From contig DASPSR010000048.1 in assembly GCA_035623825.1 (NCBI GenBank), forward strand, positions 18,369 through 82,368: a stretch of DNA of 64,000 nt, given 5' to 3'. This stretch comes from Nitrospirota bacterium. GTDB lineage: Bacteria > Nitrospirota > UBA9217. The notes beneath the pieces were generated by a model, which did no database searches, had not been told where the DNA came from, and worked only from the letters and a program-made list of their open reading frames with translations. A program made the position numbers and the translations under genes. Shown piece after piece: positions 1 through 8,892 of this stretch (positions within the stretch are counted from its first letter, which is position 1; each line of letters opens with the position of its first letter).

Positions 1-853
1 CCGCGGTGATGGTGACCGTCCCTTCGAGGATGGTCGCCGGGCCTGCCGGCTGGGCGCCCGAGGGGGCTGGACCCGGCAGTCTGGCGACGAGTGCCGATAT
101 CACCTTGGCGAAATCCTCGGCGTTCGCGTTCTTGAGGTAGTAGACATTGATCTTCCCCTTGCCTTCAGGCGCCGGGACGTCGAGCAACCGCAGCAGAGAT
201 TCGATTTTTTTGATATTGCTCACCGAGTCGGTGATGATGACGGAATTTGTGGCCGGATATGCGATGACGTTGCCGTCCTTGCTGACGAGGGGAGTTAGCG
301 TGCGCACGACGTCATTGGGGCTCATATGCGACAGGCGGATGAGTTTGGTCACAAACCCCTCGCCCCTGAAATCATCATCCCTGAACACCTTAAGCCCGCT
401 CTGCCGCGCACTCGCGGTGGGAATGATTCGGATGATCTTGCCGTCCTCCACTGCGGTGAAGCCCTTGATCTCCAGTGCGGACAGGAACACCTGGTACGCT
501 TCGTCCGGCGATATACGCGTGGGGGTCATGAGTGTCACCTTTCCGGTCACACGCTCGTCGAGGATGAAGTTCTTGCGCAACAGCTCGCTCATCACCTTGA
601 CGAGGGCGGTGATGTCGATGTTCGTGAAGTTCAGGGTCACATAATCTCCCCCGGATCTTATCTTCTGAACATCAATCGGCGGTTCGGAAGGTGAAGGCGG
701 AGCCGTAGAAGGCAAAGGTGGAGCGGCAGGTGGCAATGGCGGGGCGGCAGGTGGCAATGGCGGGGCGGCAGGAGGAAGCGGGGGCTTCTCCTGGGCTATC
801 GCAACACTGACAAGAACAAGCCCTGCAATAAGCAGGGCCGCCATTTTATGCAC
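1..853 (-). CDS. gspD: Type II secretion secretin GspD, N-terminal part (runs off the window start)
   Basis: Translated by hand from GTG at 853 (GGAGG 6 nt upstream; in-frame ATG at 844). Gives a signal peptide, a Pro-rich linker, then VTLNFTNIDITALVKVMSELLRKNFILDERVTGKVTLMTP, typical of the GspD N0 domain. Lies directly downstream of gspC. Confidence 0.9.
   Translation of the reverse strand, partial: MHKMAALLIAGLVLVSVAIAQEKPPLPPAAPPLPPAAPPLPPAAPPLPSTAPPSPSEPPIDVQKIRSGGDYVTLNFTNIDITALVKVMSELLRKNFILDERVTGKVTLMTPTRISPDEAYQVFLSALEIKGFTAVEDGKIIRIIPTASARQSGLKVFRDDDFRGEGFVTKLIRLSHMSPNDVVRTLTPLVSKDGNVIAYPATNSVIITDSVSNIKKIESLLRLLDVPAPEGKGKINVYYLKNANAEDFAKVISALVARLPGPAPSGAQPAGPATILEGTVTITA
723..772. 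repeat. 21-bp tandem repeat (about 2.4 copies) encoding PPAAPPL repeats in the GspD linker
   Basis: gcggcaggtggcaatggcggg occurs at 723 and 744, with a partial copy at 765. Confidence 0.9.
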
Positions 854-997
854 TCTGAGCCTCCAGATTATGAATCACCAAAATTCAAATGACAAACAGA
901 CTGCGACGAAAAACTGCATGAAACCTTCGTTCAGGATTTGACTGCTATTTTGCATTTTGGTTATTGATTGTCCGTAGCGCTTGCCTTCGAGGTCCAA

Positions 998-1846
998 TCA
1001 CCGTATCTCATAGTTCAAGCTCTGCCGCTGGCCGCCCCGGATGAGGTCGATGGTGATGTTCCGCTCCTCTTTCAGGCTCTGGTACATCTGGAAGAACTTG
1101 GCTGGGTCATCCACGTCCTGTGAGTTGATCTTTTGGATTACGTCTCCGTTCTGGAGCCCAATCTGTTCGTAGAGACTGCCAGGCACGATCTCGCTGATGC
1201 GGAAGCCGATGGTTTTTCCTTGCTCCATATAAGGAAGCGCTCGCGCTTGGGTCAAAAGTTGATTGATGTTCTCGGTGCTTGCCGTCACCTCCCGCTGGTC
1301 GACCGCAAATTTGCCTTCGGCAAGCTTCCTTACGCCGGCTGCGTTCACAGCCGGTCTCGCTACGTTGACGATCTTCGTGTCATCGACAACTTGAATCTCG
1401 GTCGTGCTGCCGTCCGCCCTTTTGAGGGTTACCTTGTCCCGCTGGACCTTGACAATCTGGGACCCATCGGGCAACTTCTGGTCGATGCGGTAGAATGCCT
1501 GCCCGCTCGCATCCTCGAGCACCGCTCCCGAGAAAATGTCTCCTTCGATAGTGCCAATCAGGCGATAGACGGACACAGGTGCCGGACTGCCTGACTGCCC
1601 ACTGCTGGACGGCTTCTTGCCCTCGCCGAACAGTCCGCGTTCAAGAATAGACGAATAATCGCTCAGCTCACGCCGCGGCTCAACGGTGACCCGGTCTCGC
1701 TCAATCGGCATGGTAAAGCGGGGAGCCGCGTCCAGGCTGCGCCCTATCATCGCATCCACCGTGTCGGCGAGGAAATACGCAGAAACAGTCAGAAGACCGA
1801 CGAGGGCCAGGGTATATAACGTCTTATTTTCTTTCATGTTATGCAT
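998..1846 (-). CDS. gspC: Type II secretion protein GspC (TM, HR domain, PDZ)
   Basis: N-terminal TM helix, LIGTIEG HR region, C-terminal PDZ (GFRISEIVPGSLYEQIGLQNGDVI). The start is likely 1846 or 1837 because the promoter lies inside the longer ORF call. Confidence 0.9.
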   Translation of the reverse strand: MHNMKENKTLYTLALVGLLTVSAYFLADTVDAMIGRSLDAAPRFTMPIERDRVTVEPRRELSDYSSILERGLFGEGKKPSSSGQSGSPAPVSVYRLIGTIEGDIFSGAVLEDASGQAFYRIDQKLPDGSQIVKVQRDKVTLKRADGSTTEIQVVDDTKIVNVARPAVNAAGVRKLAEGKFAVDQREVTASTENINQLLTQARALPYMEQGKTIGFRISEIVPGSLYEQIGLQNGDVIQKINSQDVDDPAKFFQMYQSLKEERNITIDLIRGGQRQSLNYEIR

Positions 1847-1877
1847 CGAATTTCCTGCTCGTCCCCTTGTGTGAAAA

Positions 1878-1906
1878 ATTATACTCTTAACGATTTCAGT
1901 TGTCAA
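1878..1906 (-). promoter_or_regulatory. Consensus sigma70 promoter for gspC-gspD
   Basis: Minus strand reads TTGACA-17 nt-TATAAT, an exact consensus match. Confidence 0.8.
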
Positions 1907-1996
1907 TTGTCAACTGCATGACATCAAAACGATTTTTAAACTATCATGACGTCAAAAAGTCGAGAACGAGAGGGCCGCAATCGTTTATGCGCGCGC

Positions 1997-2680
1997 TTAC
2001 GGTCCGAAAAAACGCCGGTAAAAGTTCATTGCCCTTACGCGATAAGGATGATATATCCTGTTCGATTCTGCGTTCATGCTGTTCACGTCAATTCCTTTTT
2101 CGTCCTTCAGCCATTTGAAAACGATCGACGGCGTAACCTCGACATGGAACTGAAGGGCATACACTCGATTGGAGTACCGGAAGGCTTGGTTCGGATAAAT
2201 GTCCGACGACGCCATACGCACGGCTCCCGCCGGCAGGTCGAAAGTATCCCCGTGCCACTGGAACACCCATGCGGCATGCCTGCCGCCATGAGCGATCTGC
2301 GACATGCAGGGGTCCTGCATCCCTTCCTCCGTCAACGCCACTTCGTACCAGCCGATCTCCTTCTTACCGCCCGGATAGACCCGTGCTCCGAGAGTATGCG
2401 CCACCATCTGTGCGCCGAGACAAACGCCGAGTACGTGTTTGTTCGCCTTGATCGCACTCTCGATAAGAGATGCCTCATCCTTCAGAAAGGGGTACTGTTC
2501 CATCTCATAGACCGCCATAGGCCCACCCATGATCACCAGATGTGTAAAGGTACTCAAATGCGGTGCGGCCTCGCCCCTTTCCAGATGGACTAAGGAATAG
2601 GGCAGTTTCTCTGCGCGGAGATGCTCTTCAATCGTCCCCGGGCCCTCGCCGTCGATGTTCTTTACGATAAGTACGTTCAT
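1997..2680 (-). CDS. Class I glutamine amidotransferase (GMP synthase GATase-like)
   Basis: IMGGPMAVYE, GVCLGAQ nucleophile elbow, QWHGDTF and QFHVE catalytic motifs. Confidence 0.9.
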   Translation of the reverse strand: MNVLIVKNIDGEGPGTIEEHLRAEKLPYSLVHLERGEAAPHLSTFTHLVIMGGPMAVYEMEQYPFLKDEASLIESAIKANKHVLGVCLGAQMVAHTLGARVYPGGKKEIGWYEVALTEEGMQDPCMSQIAHGGRHAAWVFQWHGDTFDLPAGAVRMASSDIYPNQAFRYSNRVYALQFHVEVTPSIVFKWLKDEKGIDVNSMNAESNRIYHPYRVRAMNFYRRFFGP

Positions 2681-2797
2681 ACGATTATGTTATAAAGCCC
2701 ATAGAATCACAAATAGGCAGAAAAGCACCTGCTGATGGATCAAGGGCGTACGACGCTTAACGTTGCGTCTCCCTGCCCCAGTGACATGACAACGTAT

Positions 2798-2971
2798 TTA
2801 CTTGGCATCTTTCCTCGTGAAGAACACAAATGCCATTTTCGGCCGCCGGGACGACTCGGTGGTGACAAAATGAACGCTCTCGAACAAATACCCATGCGCG
2901 GTCCAGTCGTTCAGGATCTTTTCGATCTCTTCATCGGTCACCGTGCTCGTCTCTACGACCTTGTATTCCAT
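2798..2971 (-). CDS. Small DUF4177-like protein
   Basis: MEYKVVE...EIEKILNDWTAHGY...FVFFTR pattern. The start at 2971 is supported by an upstream promoter. Confidence 0.7.
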   Translation of the reverse strand: MEYKVVETSTVTDEEIEKILNDWTAHGYLFESVHFVTTESSRRPKMAFVFFTRKDAK

Positions 2972-2977
2972 GCTGGT

Positions 2978-3068
2978 ATTATAATTGAGTTTAATTTTTT
3001 TTTCAATCCGCAAAACGCCATCGGTCGTCCAACTTGCTGTTGCTATTTGATTCCATTCTTACTATAAT
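2978..3068. promoter_or_regulatory. Divergent sigma70 promoters, each about 6 nt from its ATG (probably leaderless)
   Basis: Minus: TTGAAA(3006-3001)-17-TATAAT(2983-2978), then 6 nt to ATG 2971. Plus: TTGCTA(3040-3045)-17-TATAAT(3063-3068), then 6 nt to ATG 3075. Confidence 0.65.
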
Positions 3069-3074
3069 CTCCGC

Positions 3075-4262
3075 ATGGCAGTGAATGCCCGAGGCACTTT
3101 CACCGGACTCGACCTGATTGAAAAGCACTGGCCCAAAGACCTGCGAGGCGCCCGCGCAGGACTCGTAGTGCACCCAGCATCGGTCAACCGCAGGCTTGTG
3201 CATGCTGTCTCACTTTGCATCAAATCGAAAAAGTTCGGGCTTACTGCGCTATTCGGTCCGCAGCATGGGATCATGGGCCAGACTCAGGACAACATGATCG
3301 AGTGGGAAGGGTTCCGCGATTCCGCGACAGGTCTGCCCGTTTACAGCCTCTACGGCAAGACACGCAATCCCCACCCCGGCATGCTCGAGAAGGTCGACGT
3401 ACTCATCATTGACCTGCAGGATGTCGGCAGCCGTTACTACACATTCATTTGGACGCTGGGACTCTGCATGCCGACCTGCCAGGAGGCAGGGAAATCCGTT
3501 GTGGTACTCGATCGTCCGAACCCCATCGGTGGCCACATGACCGAGGGGCCCGTGCTCCATCCTGAGTATGCCTCATTCGTAGGCCTCAGGCCGCTGCCCG
3601 TGCGTCATGGAATGACAATTGGCGAAATCGGCGGGTACCTGAGGGATACTTTTAATCCCGGGCTTGACTATCGCGTCATCCACATGCAAGGATGGAAGCG
3701 TCGGATGTGGTTCGATGAAGCAGGGCTGCCATGGGTCCTTCCGTCACCTAACATGCCAACCCTGGACACAGCCCTGGTCTATCCCGGTACGTGCCTGCTC
3801 GAAGGCACAAATATTTCAGAAGGTCGGGGGACGACAAGGCCCTTTGAAATTTTCGGCGCGCCCTTTGTTGATGCCGAAACGATTGTGAAAGTGCTGAAGG
3901 GATATAAGCTGCCGGGTGTCGTGTTCCGGCCGCTGTCGTTCCAGCCCACATTCCAGAAACACTCGAATACGCTCTGCGGCGGTGCGCAGATCCATGTTAC
4001 GGACAGAGAGAGATTCAAGCCTTTCAAGACGGGCGTCGCAATTTTGAAGGCCATCCACAACACCTATCCACGCGACTTCGCATGGAAACAACCTCCCTAC
4101 GAATACGAGGAGGTCAAACTTCCAATCGATATCCTTGTTGGCTCGGACCGGCTGCGGAAGGACATCGAGTCCTGGGTCGAGCTCGATTCCATGGAGAAAT
4201 GGTGGCAGGAAGAGACGAAGGCGTTTGAGAACACAAGGAGAAGATTTTTGCTCTACAAGTAG
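3075..4262 (+). CDS. namZ: Exo-beta-N-acetylmuramidase NamZ (DUF1343)
   Basis: LFGPQHGI, PVYSLYG, DLQDVGSRYYTFI, LDRPNPIGG, HGMTIGE, WVLPSPNMPT, SEGRGTTRPFE motifs. Confidence 0.9.
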   Translation: MAVNARGTFTGLDLIEKHWPKDLRGARAGLVVHPASVNRRLVHAVSLCIKSKKFGLTALFGPQHGIMGQTQDNMIEWEGFRDSATGLPVYSLYGKTRNPHPGMLEKVDVLIIDLQDVGSRYYTFIWTLGLCMPTCQEAGKSVVVLDRPNPIGGHMTEGPVLHPEYASFVGLRPLPVRHGMTIGEIGGYLRDTFNPGLDYRVIHMQGWKRRMWFDEAGLPWVLPSPNMPTLDTALVYPGTCLLEGTNISEGRGTTRPFEIFGAPFVDAETIVKVLKGYKLPGVVFRPLSFQPTFQKHSNTLCGGAQIHVTDRERFKPFKTGVAILKAIHNTYPRDFAWKQPPYEYEEVKLPIDILVGSDRLRKDIESWVELDSMEKWWQEETKAFENTRRRFLLYK

Positions 4263-4291
4263 CGCGAGCGGACTGCTAATAACAATCGCCT

Positions 4292-6259
4292 ATGGTAAAG
4301 TACAATATAGCCATATTCCTCCCCTCCGCCGGTCTCGGCGAGCGGCTCAGGCCGATCACGAACCACCTCCCCAAGCCCTTGCTCCCGATCCTGGGAAAAC
4401 CTATTATCGAGGGGATCCTCGAGAAGCTCACTGCCGTCTGTACGGGCAGAATCGGCGTCAACTTGCACTACAAACCTGAAATGATCCGTGACTGGATTGA
4501 GAGGTCTCCGTATGCGGATCGGGTCACCTACTTTCCCGAAGACCCCATCCTCGGCACCGGCGGCGCCCTCAAGAATGCGGAGGAATTTCTTGCGAACGGC
4601 CACTTCGTCGTGCACAACTCGGATATTCTTTTGGACATCGATTTCGCACGACTTGTCGAAACCCATCTCTCCTCGGGAAACATCGCCTCTCTTGTCACGC
4701 ACAAACATCCAAAACTCAGCAACGTCGTTGTCGACGAGAGCGGGTATGTCCTGGATGTGGAGAACCCCGGCGATTCCAGACCGAACCCGGACAGGATTGC
4801 GAGAAAGGTCGCCTATACCGGCATTGCCCTTTACTCACCGGAAATCCTGAAATTCCTGCCGCCGGGCGTATCGCATGCGACCGTCGCCTGGATGGGTGCG
4901 GCGAAAGCCGGACAAAAAGTCCAAGCGCTCGATTTCACCGGCAGTTACTGGCTTGACATCGGCAATCCGGCAACCTATGCATCAGGAATCCTCGATTCGC
5001 TGGGGAAAAACGGTGAAACAGTCTTTTTGTCTCCGACGGCGAAATGCGGCAGCATCGAAATAAACGGCTATGTGGTAGTGGAGGGGAAAGCGAACATCCA
5101 TGACGGCACAAGGCTCAGGAACTGCATCGTCATGCCCGGCGCCCAGGTATCAGGCGAGCACGAGAATAGGATCCTCGGTCCGGATTATACCATCGACCTC
5201 GATGAAGCCGAGATGCAGCCCGGTTTCCACGCAATAGAACAGAAACGGGTTACTCTGTCCGATCCATTGTTTGCGTGCCACTTCGACATGAACGGGCAGC
5301 CTGTTACCCCTGATAAGAACGATCAGGCCGAGGCAATACTGATTGGCCTCGGCGGTTCGGATCGGCGTTACTTCCGCGTGCGGAATGACGGCAGGACCGC
5401 CGTGCTCCTGGAATGCAAACCTGACGACCAGGACTACGAACGCCATCTCGTCTATACCCGATTTTTCGCGGCCCATTCCGTGCCGGTTCCCGGACTCATC
5501 GCAACAGACATCGCACGCAAGAAGGCCCTGTTCCATGATCTGGGGGATACAAGCCTCTACTCATACCTGAAGATCCCGCACAGCGGCGCGCACGTTTACG
5601 ATGTCTACTGCAGCGTGCTCGACATCCTGGTCAAATTCCATACCCGGGTAACCGAACATGTTCATGAATGTCCCCTCCTCCAAGCGCGGATATTCGATTA
5701 CGATTATCTCCTGTGGGAGACAGGATACTTCCTCGAGAGATTCGTCGTCGGCTTGAAGAAGCTCCCGCTGGACCACAAGCAGGCCTTGGAGGAAGAATTC
5801 CATCGGCTCGCGATGACGGTGGACGCCTATCCCAAAAGTGTAATCCACCGTGATTTTCAATGCCAGAATATCATGATCACCAAGGGAGGCATCCCGCACG
5901 TCATAGACTACCAGGGAGCGCGCATGGCCCCCGTCGCATACGATATCGCCTCAGTCCTTTGGGACCCTTACCATCGGCTCGACAACGGCGTTCGTGAGAG
6001 GTTAATAGAATACTACATCAGCGAAATGAAAAGGCATTTAGCCGGGTTCAACGAATCGCTGTTTAAAGAGGGTCTCGTCCCCTGCCGTCTCCAGCGCCAC
6101 ATGCAGGCTCTTGGAGCTTACGGATTTCTGTCCGTCGTCAAAGGGAAGAAATATTTTCTGAAACACATCCCCGAAGCGCTTAGACTACTGAAGGAAGATG
6201 CTGCCGCTGTGAAAAAGGAATTCCCGGAACTGCACAAGCTGATGAACAGGTTAGAATGA
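4292..6259 (+). CDS. Fusion of a MurU-like nucleotidyltransferase and an AmgK-like anomeric sugar kinase (APH fold)
   Basis: N-terminal SAGLGERLRPITNHLPKPLLPI, EDPILGTGGAL and WLDIG; C-terminal GGSDRRYFRV, HRDFQCQNIM, IDYQGAR, YDIASVLWDPY and LQRHMQALGAYGFL. Confidence 0.85.
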   Translation: MVKYNIAIFLPSAGLGERLRPITNHLPKPLLPILGKPIIEGILEKLTAVCTGRIGVNLHYKPEMIRDWIERSPYADRVTYFPEDPILGTGGALKNAEEFLANGHFVVHNSDILLDIDFARLVETHLSSGNIASLVTHKHPKLSNVVVDESGYVLDVENPGDSRPNPDRIARKVAYTGIALYSPEILKFLPPGVSHATVAWMGAAKAGQKVQALDFTGSYWLDIGNPATYASGILDSLGKNGETVFLSPTAKCGSIEINGYVVVEGKANIHDGTRLRNCIVMPGAQVSGEHENRILGPDYTIDLDEAEMQPGFHAIEQKRVTLSDPLFACHFDMNGQPVTPDKNDQAEAILIGLGGSDRRYFRVRNDGRTAVLLECKPDDQDYERHLVYTRFFAAHSVPVPGLIATDIARKKALFHDLGDTSLYSYLKIPHSGAHVYDVYCSVLDILVKFHTRVTEHVHECPLLQARIFDYDYLLWETGYFLERFVVGLKKLPLDHKQALEEEFHRLAMTVDAYPKSVIHRDFQCQNIMITKGGIPHVIDYQGARMAPVAYDIASVLWDPYHRLDNGVRERLIEYYISEMKRHLAGFNESLFKEGLVPCRLQRHMQALGAYGFLSVVKGKKYFLKHIPEALRLLKEDAAAVKKEFPELHKLMNRLE

Positions 6260-6458
6260 TTTACAGCCCAGGAGCGTTTGCCCGCAGCAAACTGAACGAA
6301 GGAGAAGATTTCGCATGGGGATTGCGGGCTCATTTTTGATCGGATCAAGAAATCCTCAGACGTTTTGAGAGCACGAGAGAAAATAACGGGCAAGATAAGA
6401 AGAGTTGGATCTGATCATGAACAAATTCGAAGATGTGAATTAACTCGTGGGGGTTTAT

Positions 6459-6587
6459 ATGGATCGGCGATCGGGCCAGGATCGGAGAAAGTCAATCAGT
6501 CCCAGTTACAAAGGTCGAGAGCGGAGAAGCGGGAAAGAGAGAAGGTCTGAGAGTGACCGCAGAAAATCCAATTTCTATGGCGTTTGA
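6459..6587 (+). CDS. Unannotated 42-aa Arg-rich peptide with five [D/E]RR motifs
   Basis: MDRRSGQDRRKSISPSYKGRERRSGKERRSESDRRKSNFYGV, with a GGGGG SD-like run 5 nt upstream. The peptide repeat is kept while the codons vary. Confidence 0.65.
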   Translation: MDRRSGQDRRKSISPSYKGRERRSGKERRSESDRRKSNFYGV

Positions 6588-6733
6588 AAACGCTATCGGG
6601 GTCTGACCGTTCTTATGCGAATCGCAAAAAAAAGCAACGAATTCGAATGCACGTGGTAGCAAAGCAACTAAAGAAGCCGCTGTCGATCATGCTGGCAACG
6701 CCTGAAACACTCACAGAGGACATTTTTTAAAAC

Positions 6734-7267
6734 TTAATCCCCCTCGAACTCCGTCAACGCAAAGACCTTATACCCCTTTTCGAGCAATTTCTTTTTCCCT
6801 CCCACATCGGGCAAGTCCACGATGAAGGCAATCTCGACCACTTTTGCGCCCAGCTTTTCGACGAGAGCCGCAGCGGCCAAGGCCGTACCACCGGTAGCCA
6901 GAAGATCATCAACGAGGATCACACGTTCGCCCTTCTTCAGCGCATCCTTATGGATCTCGATACTGTCCGTGCCGTACTCGAGAGCGTATTCCTGGGATTC
7001 GACATCAGCCGGAAGCTTTCCCTTCTTCCGAATGGGAATGAAACCTTTCCCGAGCGTGTAAGCCAATGCTGATCCGATAATAAAGCCGCGCGATTCGATC
7101 CCCACGATCGTGTCGAAATCAAAGTCTCCATGAATATACCGCTGGGTCAGGCTGTCGATGACCAGCCGAAACCCGACAGGGTCCTTGATGAGCGTTGTAA
7201 TGTCGCGGAACATGATCCCCTTCTTTGGATAATCCGGTATGGTCCTTATTCTTGATTTGATCGTCAT
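6734..7267 (-). CDS. apt: Adenine phosphoribosyltransferase
   Basis: IPDYPKKGIMFRDITTL, GIESRGFI, RKKGKLP, YALEYG, LVDDLLATGGT; GGAGG-type RBS before ATG 7267. Confidence 0.96.
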   Translation of the reverse strand: MTIKSRIRTIPDYPKKGIMFRDITTLIKDPVGFRLVIDSLTQRYIHGDFDFDTIVGIESRGFIIGSALAYTLGKGFIPIRKKGKLPADVESQEYALEYGTDSIEIHKDALKKGERVILVDDLLATGGTALAAAALVEKLGAKVVEIAFIVDLPDVGGKKKLLEKGYKVFALTEFEGD

Positions 7268-7371
7268 CGATCCTCCTTCTTTGTCCCCGCACACGCGCGC
7301 AGACCATGGAGAATTTGAGTTTCGGATCGTAAATGATTTCCTGCCGTTCTTTGCATCTGTGCGTGATATGG

Positions 7372-7953
7372 TCAGCAGGATTCATCCTCGACGCCAACAG
7401 CCTCGTTATATTGCTCCACGCCGATCCGGTACAGATCCTCGCCGTACACATCGTTTACCACCACGGCTGGAAAGTCCTCAACCTCGAGTTTCATGATGGC
7501 CTCGGTCCCGAGATCGGGATAGGCGATGACATCGGCCTTCCTGATCGTTTTTGAAATAAGCGCGCCCGCCCCGCCGATTGCCGCGAAATACACAGCCTTG
7601 TGCTTTTTGATTGCATCCTTCACCTCTTGACCGCGCGGCCCTTTACCGATCATGCCCTTAAGCCCGAGTTCGATGAGATAGGGAGTGTACTTATCTAAAC
7701 GATAGCTCGTGGTCGGTCCCGCTGACCCGATGGGCTTACCCGGAGGGGCGGGGGTGGGCCCGGTATAGTAGAGTATCTGCCCTTTGACATCGAACGGCAG
7801 GGGCTCACCCTTTTTATGGCCTTCCACCATGTATTTGTGCGCCATATCCCTCGCAGTGTAAATCACGCCGCTAATAACCACGCGGTCACCGGCCTTGAGC
7901 TTTTCGATAATGTCATCCGTCAGCGGAGGTTGTATCTTAACGGGGTCATCCAC
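7372..7953 (-). CDS. Fe-S hydro-lyase (class I fumarate hydratase) beta subunit
   Basis: LKAGDRVVISGVIYTARD.AH, GPTTSYRLD, MIGKG, DLGTEAI. Confidence 0.92.
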   Translation of the reverse strand: MDDPVKIQPPLTDDIIEKLKAGDRVVISGVIYTARDMAHKYMVEGHKKGEPLPFDVKGQILYYTGPTPAPPGKPIGSAGPTTSYRLDKYTPYLIELGLKGMIGKGPRGQEVKDAIKKHKAVYFAAIGGAGALISKTIRKADVIAYPDLGTEAIMKLEVEDFPAVVVNDVYGEDLYRIGVEQYNEAVGVEDESC

Positions 7954-8052
7954 GCTTTACCTCCAGTGGCACAGCGCACAGAACGGGGCATGAGGTGTGC
8001 ACCCAGCCTCCTTGCGTCTTACACCAAAGACTCCCTGCTCAAAGCCCCCGCT

Positions 8053-8892
8053 CTACAAAACTATCGTCTTATGCCTCGCAGCGTGGCAGTTGATGTTCAC
8101 CGCTACGGGAAGACTTGCAATGTGGCACGGGAAGCTCTCAACGTGCACGGCCATGGCCGTCACTTTGCCTCCGAGCCCTTCGGGGCCGATGCCTGTCTTG
8201 TTCACGGCCTTGAGCAGCGTCTCTTCGAAAGATGCGAGTTCCAGCCTTGGGTTCGGACTGCCGACGGGCCGAAGGAGCGCCTTCTTCGCGATGACCGCGG
8301 CCTTCTCGAAATCGCCGCCGATGCCTACGCCGATCACGACCGGCGGACACGGATTCGCCCCCGCCTTTCGCACGCACTCGAGCACGAAGTTCTTGATGCC
8401 CTCGACGCCCTCGGTCGGCCGGAGCATCCGTATCACGCTCATATTCTCGCTTCCCGCACCTTTTGGCATGAACGATATCTTGAGTTTGTCGCCGGGCACG
8501 AGTTCGGTATAGATGATGGCCGGTGTATTGTCGCCGGTGTTCTTCCTCGTGATTGGGTCCACTACGGACTTCCTGAGGTAGCCTTCTCGATACCCCTTGC
8601 GAACCCCTTCGTTGATGGCATCGACGATAAAGCCGTTCTTGATCCGGAGGTCCTGGCCGATCTCCACAAAAAAGATGGCAATGCCCGTGTCCTGGCAGAG
8701 CGGGATGCGGTCTTCTCTCGCGATACGGGCATTCTCCTTCAGAAGCTCGATGATCTCTTTCGCCCCCGGAGCGGTCTCGGTTTCTATTGCGCGATCGAAT
8801 GCCATGAGCACATCGTCGCTCAGGTTGTAAGCGGCATCGATGCAGATCTGGGCAATACTGTCTCTGATTTCTTCTATATGAATTTCGCGCAT
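8053..8892 (-). CDS. Fe-S hydro-lyase (class I fumarate hydratase) alpha subunit
   Basis: [47 protein letters not shown]. Confidence 0.93.
   Translation of the reverse strand: MREIHIEEIRDSIAQICIDAAYNLSDDVLMAFDRAIETETAPGAKEIIELLKENARIAREDRIPLCQDTGIAIFFVEIGQDLRIKNGFIVDAINEGVRKGYREGYLRKSVVDPITRKNTGDNTPAIIYTELVPGDKLKISFMPKGAGSENMSVIRMLRPTEGVEGIKNFVLECVRKAGANPCPPVVIGVGIGGDFEKAAVIAKKALLRPVGSPNPRLELASFEETLLKAVNKTGIGPEGLGGKVTAMAVHVESFPCHIASLPVAVNINCHAARHKTIVL

Noticed and set aside
860-990. Degenerate short-period low-complexity tracts (caaaattcaaatgacaaa-like; also near 27700-27790 and 61850-61900)
   Set aside because: Too degenerate to define a unit or copy number by eye. There are no constant repeats with unique spacers, so they are not CRISPR.
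7268-7374. Possible UGA read-through after the ...DESC end of the fumarase beta subunit
   Set aside because: The domain is complete before the stop, the downstream frame shows no similarity, and no SECIS-like hairpin was seen.
8874-8892. 19-nt overlap between the mdh end and the fumarase alpha start
   Set aside because: Both proteins look full-length. This is ordinary translational coupling, not a frameshift.
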